Below are positions 31,021-42,259 of a stretch of DNA of 64,000 nucleotides, one piece after another. The stretch's first letter is position 1. Each line of letters opens with the position of its first letter. The DNA comes from the human T2T-CHM13v2.0 reference genome, Homo sapiens. The notes under the pieces were generated by a model. It was not told the DNA's origin and did no database searches. It saw nothing but the letters and a program-made list of their open reading frames with translations. A program made the translations under genes and the position numbers. Where the stretch lies: the NCBI RefSeq assembly GCF_009914755.1, contig NC_060929.1. The stretch is one strand, 5' to 3'.

Positions 31021-31117
31021 ATGTGAGGAAAATTAGTAGTAGATACATCTGTTTTTAGAAGCTAATGTGTCACAAAAATGAAAAGCATAGTAGAAAGCAG
31101 AAGAAAATGTTGGGTAC

Positions 31118-31544
31118 TGTATTAGTTAGTTCTCATATTGCTATAAATAAATACCTGAGACTGGGTAATTGATAAAGAAAAGAGGTTTAATAGGCTTATG
31201 GTTCCAGAGGCTGTACAGGAAGCATGGTGCTGGCATCTGCTCAGTTTCTTGGGAGCCCTCAAAAAATTTACAATCATGGTGGAAGACAAAGGGATCCATA
31301 CACATCATATGGCTGGAGTAGGAGCAAGAGAAAGAGTGAGGAGGGAGGTGCTACACACTTTTAAGCAACCAGATCTTGTGAGAACTCACTATCATAAGGA
31401 CAGCACCAAGGGTATGGTACTAAACCGTTCATGAGAAGTCCGCATCCATGATCCAGTCCCATCAGGCCACACTTCCAACACTGAGGATTACAATTTGACA
31501 TGAGATTTGGAGATTTGTTGGGGCCACAGATCCAAACCATATCA
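31118..31544 (-). mobile_element. MaLR solo LTR, MSTA-like
   Basis: TGTATTAG...CTGTACAGGAAGCATGGTGCTGGCATCTGCT...AAACCATATCA; perfect TSD GGTAC (31113-17 / 31545-49). Confidence 0.92.
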
Positions 31545-33299
31545 GGTACAGAAAGGGAAGGTTAGAAAATGTGGTTATGGCTTATATTAAATATTTAGAC
31601 CACTCACATTTCTCATGAAACAAAATATTAAAGATCGTGAAAAATCTTTATGAGTCCTTTAGATACAATATAAAGCCAACTATGAAGTAGTAGATGTTTC
31701 ATTGTGCAATGGCATAGCAACTTTATTGTTGGTGTGGCTCATTTGTAAGATAAAAGAATGATGAGTAAAATAAACTTTCTGGAAACTCATTTTAATCTTA
31801 CCTAAGACATTCAAAAAAACCAAATACTTAAGCTCATGCATACATTTAGGTTGCTGTTTGGAAGTTAACATACTTATCTTATATCCATAGTTGTTATGGC
31901 AAAACCAGATCCAGCTGGCTTGACTAATGAGAAACAATGATGGTCACTTAAGGTACTGAATTGGATTCTTTCCTGATGTTTCTGTTTTATATAACATGCT
32001 AAATAATGAGGATACATAGTTATTAATTCTATATTAGTTGATACTCTTATTAATTACATAAACCTTGTAATGAAAGTATATTAAGACAACTTATTATAAA
32101 GAAAACTAAAATTTTAAAGTGGAAGAAAGACTTTATAATGGTTTCAAATTATTTACATACAAGATAGTCCTTGACTAAATAAAGTCAAACGAGTTGAAGA
32201 AGCAACAACTAACATATCTGTAATGGTTATTGTTCTCTGAGTTCTGCTGTGTTCACTAAACACTCCTACCCCAAACCCATATCATCTCTCTTCTGTAACA
32301 CACCAAGTTTTAACAGAATACTCGTGCAGAAAGTTGAAGTGGCTTGCCTGACTCCCAAAGCAAATGTAATTCATATTAGGACTCCGGTCTCCATAGAGCA
32401 TATTTCCGTATACTGCACAGCTTCCTGAGTAATTGAAGAAGATGGTTAAAAGGAATTGCCTGAATATATGTATTTCCCACCCTCTTTTGTATTGGTATAT
32501 CCATAGGATTTTTAAAATTTTACCACTACACAGATCAACTCTAAGTCAGATCCAGAAAATCTATCAGGTTATGTTGGTTACATTTTTTTGTTTATTGTTT
32601 TTAACAGCTTTCCAAAATTATAACTGAGCATTAGAAATCTAATGCATTAAAGCTTTTTGTAAATTGTTTTGAAGAATTTTTGAAAATCAAATGGAACTTC
32701 CCATCCTTCCCATAAATGCTTCCTCCCAATTCTGGAGCATGAGTTCTTCCTTTTTTGCAGAGTTCCATTTTAATCCTTTTCATATGTATAAGAGAAGCAC
32801 GATACACTTTAGATTGTAGATATATCCCAGATCGTATTTGTCTTAATATTTTATTTTGCTTCTATCAGGTAAATTTGTCTTTTATAGATCATTTCTTAAA
32901 TCACACAACAGATGAGCAATGGTTGTCCATTTATTACACTGAAACAGTGAAAAACAGCATATGGTTATGTGTTTTCTTTTCTAGTCTATGCATGAAATGT
33001 TACATTTTAAAATGTGGAATCTGTGGCTTCTTTTAATTATAATGTAATAATAACAGTTCTTTTTTTAATAACAATAAAGCTGATAAAACAACTTATATGT
33101 CAGCTGCCTAGCCTCTCATTTCATACATAAGAAACTGAGAACCAGATATATCTAGTAATATGTCCAAATTCCTATAAATAATAAATACTTAGCTCAAATT
33201 GAAATTCATCTGTGTCTTCTGTCTCCTAAAGTAACATTGTTTCTATGACAGGAGAGGGAGCAACAATACATATATCCATTTACTGTCAAAATAGGGCAA

Positions 33300-34042
33300 G
33301 CAACTATCAGGAGGACCCCAAATGTGCCATCTGGTTCCAAACATATTCCTCCCTGGCCACATTGTATAACAGCAGCCTTAACCAGTATTCATTTCCACAG
33401 CCAAAATAACTCTTCTGCCTGCTGGTCCAGTATATTCAATCAAGCTTAGCAATAGTCATCCAAGTTTTTGGCCTTACAGATACTATTTCCTTCATATTTC
33501 TCAAAAGCCTGATATACTGCACCAGCTAATGAATTTCCTTCCACCACAATCTAATCCCAATTAACCCATGGTGGACATTTTAATAGTTACAGTACTACTT
33601 TCTGCTAGGGACTACCTGTGCTCCACCTACCACCAGCGCCTGGTCCCCATTGCCAGCGGGCAAATGGTCTATCCCGTTTCAAAATTTAAAGTCTTACAGA
33701 GTTTGTTTTTCAGGAAGCAGATTGAGACAGCAATTAAGGCAGCTGCAGAAGTTCAGCTATGATTCATTCTCAATGGAGGTTTCTGTTAACTTTACAGGGA
33801 ATTACAAAGTTGGGAAAAGCAGTCAGCATTCACACCCTCACATCAATTAAGTCATCAGTTGTAGCCAGCCTGGCAAGGTAGCATGTCTTTAGTGATCTGG
33901 ATCTCTTCAGTTAAGGCAAGTGGTGGGGGCTTCCAGCTGAAGACTTTCTTCCAACAGTGGGAAGAATAAGTCTGTGGCCAGTGGGGGAATGAATCTTTCA
34001 TTCCTAAAGGGGATATGCATGGCCATCAGAGTGTTGACCACA
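33300..34042 (-). mobile_element. ERVL internal fragment plus LTR16C-like LTR
   Basis: CATATTCCTCCCTGGCCACATTGTATAACAGCAGCC (ERVL internal, reverse); CAGGAAGCAGATTGAGAC...TTCCTAAAGGGGATATG...TGACCACA (LTR16-family, reverse). Confidence 0.6.
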
Positions 34043-34656
34043 CTTCCTTTGAAAATTCATAATTCATCATTTGTTCTTTTTCTAATACCATGGTTATCTA
34101 TGTATATATTATCCTGTTTACTAGATGGGAGACACGTTGAAGATTGGATGGTAGTATTTTCAACTTTGATCTGCTCGGTAACGTCAGTCACTCACCTCTG
34201 CATTATTAAGCTGCATGAATGTAAGACCTATGTGCTTTCAAAATATCCTTATATCAAATTGAGAATTTCTGCTGATGTAAAGGCAAACCTGCCCAACAAA
34301 TGCTCCATTTGGCTCTTTCTTTCCTTTTCTCTTGCTGGTACCTTTGATTCTGTTTACACATACAACTATACTGTAAAGTCATTCTTCCACTCTGGCTCAA
34401 TTCTGGCTTTACCCGGAAATCTCTCTCTTCTCCTCTATTCCATGACCACTTTTCCTGTACTGAGCTGCTTGCAGTAAACTACTCTTGCTGTGCATCACTT
34501 ATTCAAAACTTTACTTTTAGTACAGAGTCTTCTACCCAGAACATAGTAAATACATGTTGAATTAGAAAAGATCTTGCCAGAGGCATTTTGTAAACTCTTA
34601 GATATTTTATTTTTAATAGGTAAATCTACAATTTCTCTTAGCTTATTTTATTATAA

Positions 34657-34720
34657 TGTGTGTGTATATATGTGTGTGTGTGTGTGCGCCTGTGTGTGTG
34701 TCTGTGTGTGTGTCTGTGTA
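34657..34720. repeat. Imperfect (TG)n microsatellite
   Basis: TGTGTGTGTATATATGTGTGTGTGTGTGTGCGCCTGTGTG... Confidence 0.9.
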
Positions 34721-34903
34721 TAGATTATGGAAAAGATAAAATCTAAATTGAGACAATCTAGCCTTTATCTTTAAATACTTTTCCACCTTAGCCTGAAACT
34801 GTATGCATATTGGATGTTCAGAACTTCTTTTATTGACTCTACATAAAATCCAATGCATTGAAGACTATCCAACACCTATGGAAAGATTAATCAGGTTACT
34901 TAC

Positions 34904-34991
34904 CGGGTGGCCAGCTCTCTAGCAACCAGAAGTACAAACTGACCTCATATATACCTACACTGCTGTTTGCTCAGGACAGTCTACTCCAAGT
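34904..34991 (-). other. Candidate 88-nt non-coding exon (minus strand)
   Basis: Minus strand: ATCTTTCCTTCCATTTTTCTCAG|ACTTGG...CACCCG|GTAAGT; stops in all three frames. Confidence 0.4.
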
Positions 34992-36556
34992 CTGAGAAAA
35001 ATGGAAGGAAAGATAAGCTTTTGCATTGTCAAGCTTATACTTATAAACATTGAATCAATTCTGGTTCAACCAGAGCTAAATAAACATTTTACTAAGACTT
35101 GAAATAAAAAGTTAGGAAAAAAAACTCTACACATAGAATTTGGATTAGGCCTGGAAACTTTAGTACTTTTTAATTTTGAAAAAGTAGTAAGCAGTATTCC
35201 CTTAATAATTGTCCTCTCTATTCATGCAGAAACCTTCTTTACACTGCTTCATTAAAACTTTGGTTTTTTTTATTTGTGTAAGCTTGCTAGTCATAGTATG
35301 GTTAGATGACAGGCCCTTAGCAACATGTTTGTTCTCCCTGTAGAAGCTAACTAGTTAGTAGTTGATGATATTATACTGCTAATGAGCAAGAGACTGACAA
35401 AATTTCATTTGAAAAAACAAACATGTATAAAAATAAAGCTCAATTAAGTTCAGATAGCAACTTTCCCCTGAGGAAATTGAGAATATATGCTCTTGTTCTA
35501 TGTGGAATCAATAACCTAAGAATATTTAGCATTATGCTATGATAGAGTGTCCACATGCATGAGTTATGAGTTAAGAAACATTCTGATGATACTCTCCAGC
35601 ATCCAAAGTTATAAAGATACTGAACTAAAGAGCAGGAAGGAGCCTGACTGTTGAAATGAATAGGAAGTTGTTACTGGTATCTAACAACTCTTTAGTCTCC
35701 TACACAAATGGTCATTTCTGTTGTTTCATTATCTAACATTATTTTATCACAATATAATCAAACAAGGAATTGCAGCAATACATAAAAATAAAAGGTTAAA
35801 AAATTCCCACATTTCTCTAACAGAAATAATTATAGTAAACATTGAATAGACATTATTATCCCAAGTATCCCTTTAAAAATAGAGGATAGATATGTGAATA
35901 AAGTATTTTTATAAAAATAAAATCATATATCATGCTATTTTTAATAAAATGTATTAAGATTTATTTTTATTATATTTAGCAGAGGGGTAAGAGAAATTTT
36001 AAAAAGTGAAGGAAATGGTGAAGTTAAGATTGTTTTTAACACCATGAGATGGAAGCTATTACAATTTTTTTAAATAAGAAAAAATGGACATTTTAGAAAT
36101 ACTATTTATCTTCCAAAAATTAAAAACTAATTTATATCAATTTTCTCTCTGCTTTGAATACAAGAAAATTAGCACACTATACTTTTTCCATCTCCCTCTA
36201 CCCATTCCTCAATTTTCTTAACTATACTGTAATGTTAAGTTGCTATGATATATAATATTTGCATTCTTCTGTGCATATAGGTCCCATTATTATTTATTCT
36301 TAATTCTGCATTCAAAGACTCAAACATTGATCTTTTAGCAAAGATTGTCTATTATAAATTAATTTATTTTTCATTTATCTTCATTGTCTAATTTGATCAT
36401 TAAGAAATATTTTAGAGAAAGGCTCCTGAGTGCTGCGTCCCTTCAATTCTTTCATGCTTGAGATGTTCTCTGACTTTAATACATGAAGAATAATGTGACT
36501 AATTATAAATTTAACTATACTTTCTATTTCTTAGACCTTTTAAAAATGTAGATATT

Positions 36557-37665
36557 TGATATGGTTTGGCCCTGTGTCCCCACCAAAATCTCATCTTGAA
36601 TTGTAATCACCACATGTTAGGGAGGGACCTGGTGGGAGGTGATTGGATCATGGGGGTGGTTTCCTTCATGCTGTTCTCATGATAGTGAGTGAGTTCTCAT
36701 GAGATCTGATGGTTCAAAAGTGTGGCACTTCCCCCTTTGTTCTCCCTCTCTCCTGCCACCATGTACAATGTGCTTGCTTCCCCTTAAACTTCTGCCATGT
36801 TTGTAAGTTTCCTGAGCCCACCCCAGCCATGTGGAACTTTGAGTCAATTAAACCTCTTTCCTTTATAAATTACCCAGTCTTGGGTAATTTTTTACAGCAG
36901 TGTGGAAAGAGGCTAATACAGAAAATTGGTACCGGGATAATGGGGTCCTGCTATAAAGATAACCTGAAAATGTGGAAATAACTTTGGAAATGGGTAATGG
37001 ACAGAGGTTGGAAGTTTGGAGGGCTCAGAAGAAGACACGAAGATGTGGGAAAGTTCAGAACTCCCTAGAGACTTGTTGAATCGTTTTGACCAAAATGCTG
37101 CTAGTGATATGGACAACGAAGTCCATGCTGAGGTGGTCTCAAATGGAGATGAGAAACTTACTGGGAACTGGAGCAAAGGTCACCCTTGCTATGCTTTAGC
37201 AAAGAGGCTGGCAACACTTTGCCTGCAACCTAGAAATCAGTGGAATTTTGAACTTGAGAGAGATGAATTTATGGTATCTGGCAGAAGAAATTTCTAAGCA
37301 ACAGAGCATTCGAGATATGACCTGGCTTCTTCTAAAAGCATACAGTCATATGTGTTCACAAATAGATGATCTGAAATTGGAGCTTGTATTTGAAAGGGAA
37401 GCAGAGGATTCTCCTATGCTGTTCTTATGACAGTCAGTGAGTTCTCATGAGATCTGATGGTTTAAAAGTGTGGCACTTCTCCCCTTGTTCTCCCTCTCTC
37501 CTGCCTCCATGTAAGATGTGCCTTGCTTCCCTTTCACCTTCCGCTATTATTGTAAGTTTCCTGAGGCCACCCTAGCCATGTGGAACTGTGAGCCAATTAA
37601 ACCTTTTTTCTTTAGAAATTAGTCTCAGGTGGTTCTTTATAGCAGTGTGAAAATGTACTAATACA
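36557..37665 (+). mobile_element. Internally deleted THE1D/MST-type MaLR provirus (5' LTR 36557-36920, internal 36921-~37407, partial 3' LTR ~37408-37665)
   Basis: TGATATGGTTTGG...CTAATACA LTR; internal start GAAAATTGGTACC; ORF 37016-37297 (EGSEEDTKMWESSELPRDLLN..) is the THE1-int ORF remnant; second LTR ends CTAATACA. Confidence 0.92.
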
Positions 37666-38616
37666 GTGTTGCACTGTTGTTTTCTTGTATGGCATGATAG
37701 CAGAAAGATGTGTAAAGCCACCCTGATATTTCCTCCTTATAAGCAACTCACTTTTCAATTTACATATGTCAAACAATTATTTTCTAAGCTGTGGCTTAGT
37801 ATCAACATATACTTAAGTCTTTTTTTATAGCTATGCATGCCCTATGATCTATAGATTCATTTCAGGAGAAATGTCAGCTAGTATATCTTTAAATGGTTTT
37901 AAAAGACACCAATTGCTCTGATGTTGGATTGTCTTTGTCCTTCATTTCCTCTTGATTGATTTTATTCATTGTTGCCTATTTCCTCCATTCTCTACTTTTA
38001 TTGTAATTATCATTTTTCCAGAGAAATGATAAAAAATTAGCTCTATTTTTAAGATACTCTTTATAATCAATATACAGTTTTGTAACAATGCCATTTTAGT
38101 TCTTAATTTTTCCCCTATTTCAATAATATTTCTTTAATGTCACTCTGTTATTATAAATAATCTCATTTTTGAGTAGTTTTTCCTAAAATTTATGTGTTCT
38201 TTGAATTCTTCTGTAACATAAAGACATCTTTGAGTTTTTCTTATAGTGTTTGGATGATTTTTTTTTTTCAGACTGAGATCTTCATCTATCTTTTGCTTAA
38301 TATTTTTTCTCCTTTTATATTTTTATTGTAAAATATGTGTGTGTTTGCAGTGACATTTCTTTATATCTTGCTCACCCAGACATTCTATATGCTTTATTTA
38401 CTTTGAGTAATCTCTCTTTGACTTACTTACCCTTTTTAAGATCTTTAACATGCAATTTGAGGAATAAATGTTGCCTTCTAAATACTTCACTCAAATCTGA
38501 AGGTACACAATTAGGAGGAGACAATGATTATCTGGAATTCTGTATACTCTTTGCTGGAAAACTTTACTTGTCCTTTTGAGATTTTTTTTTAAAAACGCTA
38601 AGTTTAGAGCAGCTGA

Positions 38617-39065
38617 TGTTATGGGTTAAATTGGGTCTCCCCCAAAAGATGTTGAAGTCCTAAGCTTCAATACCTGTGCATGTGACCTTATTTAAAAATA
38701 GGGTCTTTGCAGATGATTAAAATGAGGCAATTAGGTGGGCCCTAATCCAATGCGACTTATGTCCTTATTAAAAGAGAAAGTTTGACATAGAAACAGACAT
38801 GCAAGTAGTGAGAATGCCATGTGAAGATGAAGGCAGAGATCAGAGAGATGAGTTAATGAGTAAAGAAATGCCAAAGGTTTTCAACAAACCACGAGAAGCT
38901 AGGAGAGAGGCATGGGACAGGTTCTCCCTCACAGCCTGCAGGAGGAACCAACCCTGCCCATACCTTAATCTCAGACTTTTATCCTCCAGAACTGTGAAAC
39001 AATATGATTGTTTAAGCTACCCAGTTTGTGGTACTTTGTGTCAGCCCTCCTAGGAATCTAATACA
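38617..39065 (+). mobile_element. MaLR solo LTR, MLT1C-like
   Basis: TGTTATGGGTTAAATTG, TGTGACCTTATTT..AAATAGGGTCTTTGCAGATG, CCTCCAGAACTGTGA, CTAATACA end. Confidence 0.88.
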
Positions 39066-39397
39066 TCTAGTTAGGAGCATTTCTTTTTCTTACAGGGAAA
39101 AAGGAAATTCAGCTTTGGTCCATTCTTCCAGTTTAACCTGGAGGCCTAAAAATTTGGGAAAAAAACTTTTAAAAGAGGGAGAGCAATAAGTATAATCAAA
39201 TAATGAAAATTCAAATTAAGAGGAGATGGGTAATTGTTGGGTGGAGATAGAAAACTTTACCTTGAGTTTTTTCTTTACTTCTTACCTTATTCTTCAGATT
39301 GCAATTACTTAATTTGTTCTCAAATGCCCATGAATCTTAGTGATACATAAGTTATAGAAACATTTTTATTCTATAGATTCAACTCAAAATCTTTATC

Positions 39398-39623
39398 TGG
39401 ATTCCTGGTTTGATGTAGAATACTCTTGGAAGACTAGATGACTATGTGGTATTGAATATAGCAAGTCTTGTCCCAGGGGTTCCCTGAGCTCTGGGAGTGG
39501 ATCCCTGATATGGATTCCTGGTTTGATGTAGAATACTCTTGAAAGAATAGACGACTATGTAGTATTGAATGCAGTAAGTCTTATGCCAGGGATTCCCTGA
39601 GCTCAGGGAGGAAATCCCTGATA
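39398..39623. repeat. Tandem duplication, 2 x 113 bp (~88% identical)
   Basis: Units 39398-39510 and 39511-39623, both TGGATTCCTGGTTTGATGTAGAATACTCTTG...ATCCCTGATA; 14 mismatches, no indels by hand alignment. Confidence 0.95.
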
Positions 39624-42259
39624 CAGATGGCCTCTGTGTGGGTGTACCTTCTTTTCAATATCATTGGTCGCAAGTTGATATTGATTAAAAGGAAGAATGC
39701 AGGAAACAAAGCATTCAGTATTTTCCCACCTGGCCTTTGGATAATGTGTTTTATTACTGTATATCACTATCATACATTTCTTAGATCTAGGAACAAGCCT
39801 TCCTCTGGTGAGATAAAAGGGAACTTTCTAGGAACAGAGTCAAATATGTCACTTTTAATCATACAAATAATAGTAGTTCTAGAAGAATTATAGGCTGGTT
39901 TAAAAAAATAACAGATGATTTTTCAAATTTTTCTCATATTTCCTTTTTCTTCTGAAGCAATAGTGACCAATGATAACAATTTACCTGTATAAAAGTTATT
40001 GGCCTGCAAAAATCCATGCTAAAAGCTTCAAGCCAGCTTTTACTTCACTTTTATCCAAATTGGAGATAAAGGGATAAAGGAAAGAAATTGATACGATACT
40101 AGAACAAAATAAGAACTGAAATTCTCAGGCTTCTCAGTTAAAATTTCCTGATTTCAAATTGTAATTCCACTTGCTCTTTTTTTCTAATTGCCTACATAGT
40201 TAAGAATAATAATTTTTCTTAGCATTCCCCAACAATCAAAGAAGAGCCACTACTTAATCTTAGTAGAATTGTATTGCACCAAAACCAAATAAACAAAAGA
40301 ACTCAATTACTATGAATAAAAGCTTGGCACTGCCTCTTCATTATAATTGGTATCAAACTAATTAATGTCATTTGAATAAACTGATATTCACATATTACAG
40401 AAAATTTTGTTTGGAGAATATTTCTATTCCATTATCACTTGGAGTTAAGTTGTCTGTAGCTTCTGTTTGCACATTAGTCTGTATAGGGCAATATATTTAG
40501 GGGCTAAGACTACTATTAATATAACCTCTGGCCCTGGCAGCATAGGTTTTAATTATGAAGTTGTAGCATTTTTGATGTGTTTAAGCACACACACAGTAAC
40601 GGAAAACTCAACTAACAGTACACTAAACAAATATAAGTTTTTTATTTAATTATGAAAAGACTGGAGGTAGTTTTCCTTTTATTATTGGCTGGCTGAGGGA
40701 CAGAGTGGTGATGTGAAGCATGATGGCCTTTTTTTATTCAGAATGCGAGGGAACTGCAGAAACAAGCATATGGCTAATTTTGTAAAGAGAGGCAGGGAGA
40801 CAGGATTTGGGAAGGCTTATTGAATCAGTTATTCCTCAGGAAATAAGATGACAACAACACGTTTTAAATGTCTTTTCTTTTACTTTAGCATGTTTCCTAT
40901 ATTTATTAGCAAGCTTCTATTGAATAATAAATATTTATTTGTTTGATTATCCTCCTTAAATTTAGGATGTTCAAAGCTCTGATGTTTTTCTACTTAGAAT
41001 ATAATCCAAACTGACTCCCTGGTCAACTTATTTTAGATTCTTCTAGCATTTCTATTTGAAAAAAAACTTTTGTAAAATATTTGCTGACTCTGAAAGTTGG
41101 TGTTTTACTTGAATTAGTCAAAACAGACTTAGAAATTTTAATAAAAAATATGCTTGTCATATACTCAAATCTGATGTATATTCTGATCCTTTTAACATAA
41201 ATATTTGTGTAATTAAAAGCAAAACACTGGGGACGGCAATGACAAAGCCAGGATTAGTAAGAAAGGAGAGAGTCTAAGAAGTTATTCAACAGCTCTGAAC
41301 TGATTTTAAAACTCAACAGTGGCTCCTGAGGATTTCCCTCAGGGTAGTCAAGTTATTAGACTCTGTGGGTTAAACTAACAACAGGAAACCCTACATGAAG
41401 AGACTGAAGTTAATATTTATATAAGCTTTGAACTGTTGGGGCCCCTTAAGTAAAAAAGCTATGTAATATTATGGGAAAATTAGTTTTGATCATTGTTTCC
41501 CATAGAATTGGAGTATGTTGAATTTTCTTATAAATATTTAATGAAAATATTTTAAAATATCAGATTTACTTGGGGAGTAAATTGTGGAAGGCACTCAAGG
41601 TGCTCAGAATGTCAAGATGTTTTTAAAACCATAGTAATAAAAAGAAAGAAAAAAGATTAACGTTGTTAAAAAAAGCAATTACATTAACTTGAGAGGAAGA
41701 AGCAAACCTCCTGGACTTGAGTCCTGCTGAGTCTAGCAGAGGGTTCTTTTTAACATTAAATCTCCACAGAATCTGCGGCCTGTAGGTGATTTAGATAGAA
41801 GAATACACTAAATGCCAGCATTTGGACATGTTTTTGGAAACATTACAGCTTTGAAGTAAAGTGCTCGCTAAAGATAGCAGAAATGAATGGCATCAACACT
41901 TTACATGATTATCTTCATATGTGCATAAAACAAAATGAAACAAAACAAAAAACTTATTTCCAGCAAGCAGGCACAAGACATAGCAGGGAGAACAGATGTT
42001 TGAAGGCAACAAAAAGCAAAGCCTTTTATAAAAAAAGGAAGACAGAAATTTTCAAAGATTGGATATGTTATGTGACCTACACCTGCCCTTGTCACCTGCC
42101 TTACTCATTTATTCCCTCTGAGAAAGAAGGTCCACACCCCAGAGAAAACTTAACAGTCTGATTTGTGAGTCAGAACACCTTGTTTCCTGTCCTTAGCGTG
42201 GCCACACACCTTCCCAGAGCCTAATTTCCTTATCTACACAGTGCCTTAGAGCACTCTTG

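Noticed and set aside
33974-34477. 167-aa plus-strand ORF
   Set aside because: Begins inside an LTR remnant, has composition typical of AT-rich non-coding DNA, and shows no recognisable domain.
37016-37297. 93-aa acidic ORF
   Set aside because: It is the THE1/MST internal ORF remnant within the deleted provirus.
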